A stretch of DNA of 63,896 bases, counting the filler, from Phoronis australis (lineage: Eukaryota; Animalia; Phoronida): the NCBI GenBank assembly GCA_002633005.1. It is 6 parts of 6 records of this genome, joined end to end, with 100 filler letters (N's around TTAATTAATTAA, not from the genome) between each part and the next. Parts side by side here need not be neighbours in the genome. Positions count along the whole stretch, not along the records: positions 43,480 to 57,377 come from NMRA01000470.1; positions 57,478 to 62,611 come from NMRA01001770.1; positions 62,712 to 63,896 come from NMRA01001880.1; 3 more parts are not named here. One strand, given 5' to 3'. Both the position numbers and the translations under genes were made by a program. The notes under the pieces are model-generated. The model did no database searches. It saw only the letters and a list, made by a program, of their open reading frames with translations, and was not told the origin of the DNA. Below, in pieces: positions 51,786-63,896 of the stretch (position 1 is the stretch's first letter; the number at the start of each line of letters is the position of its first letter).

Positions 51786-53099
51786 GCTAGGAGGAAATTT
51801 CACATCATACCACAAGATAACATTGGTGGATTTGGGGGGGAAGGGGGCCAGCCCATGGCCCCCCTAAAACTCCCAGATTTCATTTGGCAGTTCGAGGGTG
51901 CAAATATCTTAAGGGTAAAATCCTGCCTAATACTCTGCCCTGCCCCNNNNNNNNNNNNNNNNNNNNNNNNNNNNNNNNNNNNNNNNNNNNNNNNNNNNNN
52001 NNNNNNNNNNNNNNNNNNNNNNNNNNNNNNNNNNNNNNNNNNNNNNNNNNNNNNNNNNNNNNNNNNNNNNNNNNNNNNNNNNNNNNNNNNNNNNNNNNNN
52101 NNNNNNNNNNNNNNNNNNNNNNNNNNNNNNNNNNNNNNNNNNNNNNNNNNNNNNNNNNNNNNNNNNNNNNNNNNNNNNNNNNNNNNNNNNNNNNNNNNNN
52201 NNNNNNNNNNNNNNNNNNNNNNNNNNNNNNNNNNNNNNNNNNNNNNNNNNNNNNNNNNNNNNNNNNNNNNNNNNNNNNNNNNNNNNNNNNNNNNNNNNNN
52301 NNNNNNNNNNNNNNNNNNNNNNNNNNNNNNNNNNNNNNNNNNNNNNNNNNNNNNNNNNNNNNNNNNNNNNNNNNNNNNNNNNNNNNNNNNNNNNNNNNNN
52401 NNNNNNNNNNNNNNNNNNNNNNNNNNNNNNNNNNNNNNNNNNNNNNNNNNNNNNNNNNNNNNNNNNNNNNNNNNNNNNNNNNNNNNNNNNNNNNNNNNNN
52501 NNNNNNNNNNNNNNNNNNNNNNNNNNNNNNNNNNNNNNNNNNNNNNNNNNNNNNNNNNNNNNNNNNNNNNNNNNNNNNNNNNNNGGGGGGGGCATAATGG
52601 ACGCCCCATCACTAATCTGGACACCCTGGCAAGGACGCCCAATATCATTTGGACGCCCACTGTCAATAGGAACCTGTCAAGTTGGGACTCACACATTGTA
52701 ATGAATACTAGGAAGCCTCTGAAAGCTAACAGTGGGGGCTCTTTTTTCAAAGCAGGAAGAAATATACAATGTATATACAAAGTATATACAATGTTGCTAT
52801 GCTTACACTTGGTTGATAGCATTGTAAAAGTCTACAGTTTTTTTAGTAAATACTATTTCCATAACAGGCCTTCGTTCAGTTGCCCAAACAGGCCGTTGCT
52901 TTTGCCAGGGGATATGACATATGTTCTGGCGCAAGCAGTGTAAAAATGGCCATGTATTCTGACTCAATAAAATTGATTTAAAGGAAATACTACAATATCA
53001 TGATAGAATGACTCTATCTTGATGCGCCCAGTCACCCACAGGTATATATATGTGGTTACATATTGTCAGTACTTTGTCCGGCTGTCCGGATGATTTTGG

Positions 53100-54065
53100 C
53101 GCGTACACTGATATGGTAGGACATATCACTGGAATGATTCGTGCCACTTTTCAATCTGCCCCGCTCCCTGGAATGGGGGAGGGTGGATTTTTAGTATTTT
53201 TTGGGAAGAGCATTTATTCCGGATTATATACAGAAGGGCTGTGTTGACTTCATACTAAAAAATTCAAGCAAGTCACGTTTGCAACCACTTTGAAAATTTA
53301 GACTCGTGTGCAGCTCGTGCATATTATAGCAAACATACCAAACAGTTGATATTTTTTCAAAATGAAAAATCTACTGTGTTGCGTGCTCAGAGGCAAAGTC
53401 AAACAGGTCGTGGAAACCTATTAAACCAGGTCATGCAGAACACTGAACGGATTGATGAATTTCAATAAATGGTGACGCAGCATGTTCAGATATCAATGTG
53501 ATGGCACCACTGTATTTTGGGGCAGATTTAACCACATAACAGCACATCCTAGTGGCCATTTAGTTCTCGACAAGGGGATTTCCAAGTGTTGCTTTGGGAA
53601 AGAGCATTTCTAGTAAACCAAATGGAGGATTTTAATGAATCTTGACATGAATTGGGTATATCATGAATGTCACCTTTTGATGTTTGGACAGATTTGACCA
53701 CTGCAGCACTTCCTTATGACCATTTTGTGTGAGAGGGTTTATGGATATTATGTAAGAGAACCCGTGTAAAGATTTCAATGAAGTTTGAGGCAGAGGTACA
53801 TGATGGCAATTCACTAGGACCATAAAATCTTGGTCAAATTCGACTACTTTTTACTTCTTAGTGACCATTTTGTTTTTGATAAGGGGCTAATTTTCATGTG
53901 TTTTGGGGGGAAGAGCGTTTCCGAGGGATCTAGATTGGATGGATTTCATTGAAACTTGACTCAAGAGGTATGCGATGTCAAAATGCGTGTTATGACAATG
54001 TGCCGGCACCATTTGATTTTCTAGTGGCTGATTCGACTACAGTGTAGCACTTCCTAAGTGACCCC
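53100..54065 (+). repeat. Degenerate tandem repeat units (also ~56950-57270)
   Basis: Recurrent motifs GGGAAGAGCATTT, GATTTGACCACTG.AGCACTTCCTAG.GGCCATTTT. Confidence 0.5.
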
Positions 54066-56377
54066 TAGAAAGTAGAAACAGATAGTTTGCGATGCACTGG
54101 TTGCATGTCAACACCCCAGTGTCGCTCTTGTTGAAAAAATGGTTGTAATGGGTGTTTGCCATTTGTTAAACCTAATGGATGAGGATGGTTAGTCATTGTC
54201 TTTTGATGGTTTTTGTAAATAAGTCAGCTCTAATAAGATCTGTTTTTGATTTTTTGTGGACTCCTAGAAGCTGTGTGTATCATAAAATGTAAAAACATAA
54301 ATAGAAACAACTTTTCACATTTTTTGTAAAAGTATTTCTTGTAGATAAAAATTGGACAAAGCATACATTAGTTTTGTGCTTCATTCATATTCTAGTTCCA
54401 GGTCTGAGATGAAATGGTAAACGGAACTTGCTATATACATGTCCTCTTCATAGGTGGAACAATGACTATTATTTGACCTTAATTACACTTGATATGGAGC
54501 TTAATTATTCTGTCAGGATTCAGATATGTTGTCGCATGGAATTATCAGTCTTATCTCATAGTTATTTATATTGAGGTTTAGTAATTAACTCCTCATTGTG
54601 TACAGTGCTTCTCTGCTTTTCCTTTAAAAAAAAAACGTGTTTTGCCCAATCGGCTTGCATAAAAGCAGTGCTGTCAATTGACCCAGTTTTGATCAATCCA
54701 GTGACAGTGTACTGTTTGTGTGCTGACCTACTTTTCTCATGGGAGTTCAAGGAGTGATCACCTGTGGAGGTAGGCTAGGGCTATCAACAGGTGTATACCT
54801 TAATTGTTGTTCTATCGAAACAGGAACGGCTGGTGTAAAACGGATATCCTAGAGTCAAAAACAGACTCACGCACCATCAAAACAGCTATAACCAGTTGGA
54901 AAAACACAAACCCTGACCTAGCTTTAAAACAGGAATCCCAGGGATCGGACAGGAAACTCACATAATTTTTTAATTTCTGAGACCGTTGTCAGTAGCCTCA
55001 AACTTTGAGTTAAAGCAACTTCGAGTGCTCTCCAGGTGTTAATTTCCTTCATTTGTTTGTTAAAAATTGTCAATAAGAAAACATAACTTATATTATCCTA
55101 TACGTTTGTTAGTCATGAAATACGGGTCGTGTTGTGAGGTTTGATATGGAAGAACTACTTTTCTGAACGTTTTCTGTATTCAACGCAACTTGAATATGGA
55201 TGCCTTCTTTCCCGCCAAAAAGCTGTGCACACAATTAATACACTACAATCAGTTGGAACTTGATTATAGCATCACTTTAATGAGTTCAGGTCTGTGCGCA
55301 AAAGTATTTGAAATCGGGCTTCACCCTCATTCAAATGATGCGCGGCTACAAATACATAGTCTACAAAAGAACTGTCATCTGAGCGATCAAAATCTCAAAT
55401 ATCACGGAAACAGTAAGTTGTCGGAAGAAACAGGTTTCATAATGCTGATAGCACTTGAAAAGATCTATCCACATTCCAAATTTCAGACAGATTCGTCACG
55501 GAAACCAAAGATAATGGCACAAAGCCAGTCTTCTGAAAATCTCATATAACATGAAAATGTAGAGAAAAACAATTGCAACACTTGTGATAGCCCTTAGAAT
55601 GATCTATTCACAGGAAAAAAATCCGAGAAATCCCACCGAAAACAGTGGAGCTATGGCTCCGCAAGCGAAAAAGGGAAAAATAACCCTATAGCGCCATCTC
55701 GTGTCCAATTTTGACCAAAGTATAGGCTTCGAGCCTTTCAGGAAACACGTTTTGTGTAAATTTCACGTTGATCTGATAAGAATTGCGATCTGTATCATAG
55801 TCAGTTGAGTCCAAGAAGATCAAGTCGAGAGATCAAGTGAGTTCAAGTAAGTTAATCAGGAGAACTACAATTGAGTTGCAGAATCAGCAGTTACAGCGAT
55901 AGTCAATAGAGAGCCAGCTATAGAGACAGCAGGTTATTGAATTGAGTGTAACAGTTGCTGGAAGTATCTCAAAAGTTCAATACAAGTCGAGGCTTCGCAG
56001 CACTGGCTGGAGCATAAACAGACATTACGTCAGACGTTTTGTTTGAGTAGGCTTGTGAACGTACGGTCCGGATTAATAAAGGATTAACTCGAACCAGTAT
56101 TCAGTCAATCTTCACACCGAAAGCTATTGGCACCTGTCTGTAACAACCTGCGCCCACCCACACACGGGGAAAAACGTGACAATCATGCTACCAAAAAATA
56201 AACAAAAAACTTCATGACAAAGCAGCATCTACTTAGAGAAATTTCATCTCACCTAGTATTAAATACATGCAATGTATAAATAATTTATTGTATTGTTATG
56301 TGTGCTATTACATGTGGAGACGACTGATGGTGATGGTCATCATATCACCCAATTTTAGTTGGGGATGTTTTTTTCAG

Positions 56378-56732
56378 ATTGTGATGTTCTTTGCCACCAT
56401 TGCTGCAACAAGCTCTGAGCAATGCACCGATCCTCGGTGTTCATGTCCACCAGGCGAATATGTGGTACAAAAGTGCAATGCCACCCACGAAAGGGTCTGT
56501 GAGTGTTGCCCATATGGGCAATACACAGACAAACAAAGCTGTATTCGCTATTGTATTCATTGTGATCGTTACTGCACTAAACCGTTTATGGAAGTAGTCT
56601 GGAACTGCACCAGAGAACACAACATTGTGTGTGAGTGTACTGATGGATATTGGGAAAGGGACCCTACTCACGACCCTGCTGGCTGCATACCTCACACCAC
56701 TTGTAAAGAAGGAGAAGGTGTGTTAAGACATG
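56378..56732 (+). CDS. TNF receptor superfamily member, exon with cysteine-rich domains
   Basis: ttttcag|...|gtgagt. Encodes end of a signal peptide then CPPGEYVVQKC...CECCPYGQYTD...CIHCDRYC...NCTREHNIVCECTDGYW...CIPHTTCKEGEGVLRHG. Confidence 0.9.
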
Positions 56733-57315
56733 GTGAGTATCCGTAATGTCATTAATGTAATTATCAAAGTAGTACCAGAATTGGTAATTTCAATTGAGGA
56801 CTTAGCATTTGTTTTTGTGCGTCCACATAATGCTTTATGTGCACATATGATGCACTTTTGCCTGTTGTGCGGGTATCCGGTCATTATCTCAAAAATCCGT
56901 TGTTGGATTTCGCCATATTGTGGCACAAGAGTGCACAGAGGACATCATTAGAACGGTTCATGCCACTTTTCAATCTTCCCCACCCCCTGAGGTCGGGTGT
57001 GACGTGGCTTTTTCAGTAATTTTGAGGGAAAGGGCATTTTCAGGCGATGTCTGAAAACTGAACTCAAAGGTATGTGATATCAATTCACTGCCACAGTTAA
57101 TTTTTGGGCGGATTTGACCACTGTAGCACTTCCTAGCGGCCATTTTGTTTTCGAGATGGGGCTTAATTCCCAAGTGTTTCTTGTGGGAAGAATGTTTCTG
57201 TATGATTATAATCTATGACAGCTAACCAACATAATTTTGACGAAATTTGGCACAGAGGTACATGATGTCTATATGTGTCGACACTGTTTCATTTTTGTGC
57301 TACCCCTGCGAAATG

Positions 57316-57377
57316 TTACCATGGTTGACCATGGTTAAGCACGGTAAAGCACAGTCAACCATGGTTAAACCATGGTT
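57316..57377. repeat. ACCATGGTT ~10-bp minisatellite at a contig end
   Basis: Direct reading. Confidence 0.7.
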
Positions 57378-59663
57378 NNNNNNNNNNNNNNNNNNNNNNN
57401 NNNNNNNNNNNNNNNNNNNNNTTAATTAATTAANNNNNNNNNNNNNNNNNNNNNNNNNNNNNNNNNNNNNNNNNNNNCTGTGAAACTGCTGATATGGTTC
57501 ACAAAAAACTTCCAAAAAGTAAAATAGTTAAGATTGACACACAAAAGCTTCTCTGAAAAAATGAATTGGAGTGCAAACAACAAATAAAGCAACGAGTTAA
57601 AATTACACACTTTTGTTGTGAACAGGTTTCTCTAGTGACTGAAGTATTCAGTGAAAATACAGTGAAATGAACGACAGATTGTAACTAAACATGTAGATAG
57701 TATCTTACTTGTCATTTCCATTCTAGCTACTACAAAAACCAATCAAAATAGGGTAGTCACAAGGTAAAGGGAGAATCACATGCTTGCCTAGGCAAGTCAC
57801 TTACAGGTGCCCCAGATTTTGAGAACCAGTTTTATGCACGTTATTCAGTGGAGAAAACTGGTTCTCAAAATGCGGGACCCCTGTGGGTGACTATTGCCTC
57901 GTTTAGCTATAAATTCTATTATAGTTTAGTACCAAACTGTTCGATGCAACGAACACCTTATGCTCATAGACACAACAACCCAGTCTGAATAAGTTTTACG
58001 AACTCAAAAGTTTGATATTTTCGTCAAACAGCACCCTTTTAAGCTGATATACTCGTGTCATCTGATCCCATGTGACAATTGCCAGAAAATATATGACTGA
58101 TGTTACACACATATTTTACTACGACGAAATTTGACAAGGCAAAATTTGTGCATTGAAACATAAATCTGCTAAGTTTCTGAGTCCCCCCAACTTTGACATT
58201 TGAACAATTAAAATATTAAAAAGTCTAAGTCAGACTGCTTTCCAGAGGCAATATTGCAGTCTATAGATCTATCAGTCTCACAGATGTCTGACAAGGGCAT
58301 TTACAAGAACTGATCATAGGCACTACAGCAGATTAGTGGAAATACTTCCTTCCAAAAGACCCTCCGAAAATTTCAGGTAGTTTGAAATACATAGGAACCC
58401 TAATACTGAAAGCATAAATGATTCGTTTGCTACAAACTCAAAACTATGTAGGACTAGTTGGGGGTCGAATTAAGGACAAGCAACAGATAATTTGTGACAC
58501 TGGCTTTCCACATCAGTTATTTAAACGCCTAAGTAAACAGCTCGTGGAAAAATAACGCCGCGACCGTTGTAAAGAATGTAAAAAACGTTGTAAAATTCCC
58601 CCACCGTAAATCTCCATCTACATGTAGTGTGAACTTCAGGTGGTGCTGTTCACCAAACTGTATTACCATGCAGCAGCTTATTTGAATGGGTGAGTCTCGG
58701 CGTTTGGGAAAATACAACAGATGGGTCTCTAGGCGAAACATACATTACGATCGCAAAAATCAGACGTCATTCAAATTTCCGAACTAACAAATTGCAGTCT
58801 CATGGATTTCTTTCCCCAATACCACTTAAACATTATTAATGTTTTTGACGCAGTTCGTTAATAGTAGTCGCAGTAATCAAAAGCTATGCAATGCAGTTAC
58901 AGAGCCCGGAAACGNGGAGTATGAAAGTCTCAATTGTTTGTCAGGGCTCGACATAAGCAAGGAAAAAGTAAAATACGAGTAGAAAAATGCCCTCACTCGT
59001 AACGGACGCCAAGTCGATGTCAGGCATCTTTTTGGTCGCCACTTTTTATGAGCCGAAATCCGGTAATATGAGTGGAATAAACGCTGTCTCTCGTACTTTC
59101 AAAGGGACATTTTTGCTTGTGTCGAGCACTGTTTATAGATCCCTGAGAACAGGATCCATTATAGAAAGTCAAAGCACGGACTTGACTCCCTATCCTGGAG
59201 GAAATCCGGTCAGCTGAGTCAATCGATAACAACTATTCACTGGTTTGTCGGACTGAAAAGGTCACAACGAATCAATTCAAAGTCCAAGCTCTGCATGACC
59301 TAGCTCACCAGACATACGCCGGGAGAGTGAATCAAGTACTTGTGTAAAAGTCATTTCTGATGAAAATTGCCACAATCAGCCATCAGTGAGCATTAATTTT
59401 CGAACAATGAGTCATATTCATTTTAGCTGAATATTAATTTCTCAACTGGAACATGTTTAATGGTTCTCTTCTGTTGTCTCAAAACAGTTTACACATTCCG
59501 TATTTGTCGTTTTCTGAGTTTAACAACAAATTTAAAGTTATATTGAATGCTACAACGTCAGATCAAAAATGGCCAACTTTAAAACAATATAAGAATGAAA
59601 TGGTTTGGTAAGCACATGAGATCCACTATGACCACAAAATAACTTCAAAAACATGAAAAAAGC

Positions 59664-59770
59664 AAACTTGCATTGTTCTACGGCTCAATTTTTTGTGGCC
59701 ATTGCAAAATTAAAACGAAAACTTGCATTGTTCTACGGCTCAATTTTTTGTGGCCATTGCAAAATTAAAT
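59664..59770. repeat. Near-perfect 55-bp tandem duplication
   Basis: aaacttgcattgttctacggctcaattttttgtggccattgcaaaattaaa occurs twice. Confidence 0.9.
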
Positions 59771-62700
59771 CGAAACATTCGATACTGGCCATCGTCTCAA
59801 GGTAATACTCGTATTTACCTAAACAGCGCTCAACATACCATTAAGAAATGACTTCAATCCAGCAAATTATGAAGACAATAAGCAACATCAAACAAGTAAA
59901 ACAATAACATATGAAACAATTCATCAGTTTGGCATGACATTTTCAAAACGAAGTCTAATAGTACACAACTGGAACAACGTTCTCACCACAGAAACTTTCA
60001 GTCAGAAACAATTTTCCTCTGAGTACAATACATGACAGTAAGAAGTGCGTCAACATAGTTTTCCTGAACTTAAAGCTACACTGTCTAAAAACGAATACTG
60101 AGTAACGCCTTCTACTCTCGTCAGTTTGATCTCGTAATTGACCTATTGGCAGGATTTTGAGTGATAGCTTAACTGACCAATCTGCACAAAGTATTTTCAA
60201 AACAACTTCATTTCCAAGGCGCTATTTTGGCCAGCAAACAACCCGTTGTCAGGTAAAACTTATTGTTTGTTTGTCGGGTGTCACGTGACTTTTTGCAAGA
60301 GGGTGGAGGTTGCGAAAGAATACCAACTCAAGTCACAGGAAATGCGTACAAACGCCATTTTCGAATTCGCAATTTCACCAACACTGGAGTTGGTGATGGT
60401 TTTAGAGTATTATGAGAGAAAAGGGCCCAATTTAATTTTCATTTTAGTAAACTAAAAGGGTTCAAAGCAGCTTTAACTATGCATACTCACGACATTAATG
60501 CTGAGAAAATTATTGTCTGTGGGTGCCAGAAAGTCCTTATGGTGAGAAAGCTCTTCTCTGTTTATTTCTCTGTTAAGTTTTATTTATGCAAGCAACAATT
60601 CAAAATGAGCTTGAAAGCAAGAAATACTTCAGAACAAATGCCAACAACCAGAAACCAGTAAAACTGATCACAAATAAACAAACAGCGTTCTCCACATGTC
60701 TTCCTCGAATGTTGACTAATTTAATTCATTAGAAAATGATTTTCATGCTCTTTCCCTGTCTCTTTGGACAAATATCAAATGAATATCTTTTACTGAAGAT
60801 AAAACCATTACGTAAACTTCACCCATCTCCACGCGCAAAACTTTCAGTCACGACTGGAGAACCCCGAGGTTAAAGTGCAACCCGCCGTTGCATCAAAGAC
60901 TTACCCTCCCTCTCTGGCTGTTCTTGCACCGTTTGCGTTGTCTTGGAGTATGACACCAGTTCCTTGGGAGGGATGTCAGTCTGTGATACCTTTGACATCA
61001 TCAGCTTCCTCTGTGTACGTGGGCTGCAATCACAATAAACACATTCACAGCTTACTACTTCGTAAGGATGTTTGTTAAAGACGAGATACAAACGGCTTCC
61101 ATCAAAAGCCAACTTTTGATTTAGGCAACTTAAGACAGTTCTTCACTTATTTAGCACACAAGATAATTGAGAAGTGAAATTCTGTTTTGTTGAATTTCTC
61201 CACAACATTCAAGATTAAGAACATTTTAGTCAATTACAAGCACGACTTGCAGCGCATAGAGGTCGTAAAACAACATTTAGCACCACTTAATGAATATCGG
61301 GTCAGCCACGGCACCTGCAATCTGCTTAGCCACTACATACCTTGGTGTGACCTGTACCGTGGAGCCTGGCGCTTGCGAGGTTCCCACATGCTGACTGGAC
61401 TGTTGTGCCGGGACTGCCGCAGGGGCGGCGACTGTAGAAGCTGCCTCACCTAGACACAAAGTTGTAAAGGACTCGTATGTCACCCGATGAGCTATGATCA
61501 CGTTTACTATGAAAGTGCACAGCAGAGACAAAATGTTCAGCCCATTCCAGTCCCACATGAAAGTCCACCCTGCTTTCAAATTAACCAAAGATGTAAATCT
61601 AAAGCCAGTACTAAACCAAGCTCCTCTAGGTACCAAAATACCACTGACCTGGCATCCAGCTCATTGACACGTTATCTTTTACTTAAAATTTTAACGTCTG
61701 TAATGGCTCTAGAAATTTACACCCTTGACAATCATATTCATCATTTTAGCTTGAGGGCTCGACGACAACAACAGCCATTTTGTCTTCGGTGACACATAGA
61801 AAGTAATAAGCACAGGTCCTATTAGTATAAACTTTGAAATTACTTATTTTATTCTTATTAGTGACTTAACATCTTTCTGTATAATATACTTGGTATCCTG
61901 TTACTAGTACTAGAAAACTTGAATTTCACTCAGGAATTCTGAGCACAACATGAGTACTCTGGTACAAATGCAGACTATTTTCCTTATCAGGAAAACAAGT
62001 GAAATCAGTTCCACTAGATAAATCAGCAAGAGCACATAGGCAGTGGAAATGCACTACTGCATCAGTTAATAACCAGGGTCAATGCCTGCCTGTGAATCAT
62101 AATTACGCCATTAAGCAATTCGAAGTTCAGACACTGGCTAGGTTTTCCAAGAGGTGAAGTAGACAAAGGTAAATCCTCCCCACCTTGAAACAACTTGAAT
62201 GAGACCCCAGTGTAAATGAAGTTAACACATATTATTGACTGCAGAATCTGAGCACCACTGTGTAAAGCATGTCACAAAACCAGCCACAACTGAGGATGCT
62301 GAACGATATCTTTCAACTACACCATCACCATTTAGCGACAAGGCGTATCTTATGACGTCGCCACCATATCGAACAAGAGCAACGCAGAGCGTTGAAATGC
62401 GCCCACAATTGCACCGCATACGGTATCCTTCTAGGGTTGTTTATTGGTACCACAAAGTGGCCAGTAGAGGGCATATATGTAGTATGTTGTACTTAGCAAA
62501 ATGGAAAGGCATGGTCATTGTCTCCTCAATAGGCTAGGGGCAAAATGTGAGTAATCTTCATAATACAAGCACATCCTATACACCAGTTGCTTAAAGCACC
62601 ACAGAAACATANNNNNNNNNNNNNNNNNNNNNNNNNNNNNNNNNNNNNNNNNNNNTTAATTAATTAANNNNNNNNNNNNNNNNNNNNNNNNNNNNNNNNN

Positions 62701-62826
62701 NNNNNNNNNNNCCCTCCCTTTCTCCCTCCCTTCCTCCCTTTCTCCCTCCCTTCCTTTCTCTCCCCCCCAAGTGAGTGAGACACATTCAGGTTGCCCTTCA
62801 CTGAATTTTCAACACTTTATTTTCAG

Positions 62827-62951
62827 CTGTTGCTGTAGCATCTGGTCCGTACATTTATATTTACAAAAATTTGAGGCCATATTTCAAATTCACCCTGCCG
62901 TCCATGGATATCAACCCAGTGGAGCAAGATTTATGGAATCAAGCTAAAAAT
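62827..62951 (+). CDS. BBS1: BBS1 (BBSome subunit) internal exon
   Basis: tttcag|...|gtaagt encoding [42 protein letters not shown], matching BBS1 [21 protein letters not shown]...[10 protein letters not shown]. Confidence 0.92.
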
Positions 62952-63250
62952 GTAAGTTTTATAATCAAGCAGTGGCTGACAACTAAAATATGATTTATTT
63001 ATTTTGTTTTCCGATTAAAATGCATGAGGGGATCAAGTCGTCAAAGGTTAAGACTCAAAATTTGGTGCAAGAAAACTAACAGACAAGTGTTTTTTCTGAA
63101 TAACAAAATTAGAACATTTTACTGATAAATACCTCCCATTAATGTTACTGGAAATTGTCTTGCACCAATTTTACATTGTTTTTGGGCATTTTAATCAATT
63201 TTTGTTATTGACAGCTTGAGTTTTCAAATTGTCCTTTGCACTCATTCCAG

Positions 63251-63297
63251 GACAAGATTGATGTTGTCGTGCTACGGGAAATGTTGGATGGAATGAG
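63251..63297 (+). CDS. BBS1: BBS1 next exon (47 bp)
   Basis: ccag|...|gtatgt, phase-compatible with the previous exon. Encodes DKIDVVVLREMLDGMR (cf. DRIDPLTLKEMLESIR). Confidence 0.88.
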
Positions 63298-63896
63298 GTA
63301 TGTGTTGAACACTACAGTTTAATTAATGTCAAAAGGCTCATACAATTGCTTGAAGCTGTCATTGGCGGCTAGTAACTGGATTTGGCAAGGATACATATTA
63401 GTTCAAATTCTGCAGTATTGTGAAAGATTTGTGGGTAATGGTTTGGAAAATCTCAAATGCTCAGTAGCTGCTGTTGGGAAAATATATTTGTGCCTGCTTT
63501 CTTATGCTGTGGAATCAATAAGTTACCTACCTGTTTTGTTTTGTTTTGTTTAATATGGCGTGTATTTGTTATTGAACACACAGCTAAATGAAACTGTATG
63601 AAAGAAGGACTCTGATTCCAACTTATTGTTTGGTTATTGTCTGACAAAACAACTGATAAGGATGTGACAGATTTTTTGGCTGTGACACATTGATGCTCTT
63701 GATAACATATTAACCCCTCACTCTTGCTTGAATCTCCTACAGTTCCTGCTTTTTTGTTCTAATGTTGTGAAACCAGGAATAGTATGGATTGCTGATACTT
63801 GGACTTTCTGGGTGTTTTTAGAATTCAAGGTCTACCCGACGTACACTGAATGAATTTTTTTTCTTAGTCTTGAAAGTTTACCATTTGTCCCCCCCC

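Noticed and set aside
1235-52943. Long X-filled ORFs in the ORF track
   Set aside because: They run through N gaps and are artefacts. Only the 21689-22100 part of 20969-22126 is real coding remnant.
54385-54410. LVPGL as the next BMI1 exon
   Set aside because: The preceding DKTLQDIVYK is absent and a stop follows almost immediately.
55791-56145. Solo LTR (TGTATC...AATAAA...TAACA)
   Set aside because: Plausible composition, but no matching TSD or second copy, so it cannot be supported.
27774-62667. Recurrent TTAATTAATTAA as a biological repeat or TTAA target array
   Set aside because: Assembly linker. It also means PCGF, TNFR and BBS1 cannot be claimed as a gene cluster.

Overview
Animal (probably marine invertebrate) draft-assembly window, AT-rich and dominated by transposable elements. 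It has many N gaps and five artificial N-TTAATTAATTAA-N contig linkers, so synteny across linkers is unreliable. Recognisable host exons: a signal-peptide+PAN/Apple exon (23.7 kb), a BMI1/Psc-type PCGF RING exon (43.2 kb), a TNF-receptor CRD exon (56.4 kb) and two BBS1 exons (62.8-63.3 kb). Mobile elements: two internally deleted Kolobok elements (THAP transposase and convergent KolX/P2X7-tail-like ORF), pogo, Tc1/mariner, Penelope and CR1/L2 remnants, and many MITEs with verifiable TIRs/TSDs. The most interesting signal is three related LTR-type elements with termini TGTWGTA...TACWACA and AGGG-rich PPTs. One is a 5'-truncated element carrying an intronless TatD-family nuclease ORF. One is a 509-bp TRIM whose LTRs contain a tRNA-like Pol III A/B-box unit (a possible animal analogue of Cassandra). 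One is a 1.6-kb non-coding element. The latter two have a tRNA-Ser PBS and 4-bp TSDs. All calls come from reading the sequence; no searches were run.
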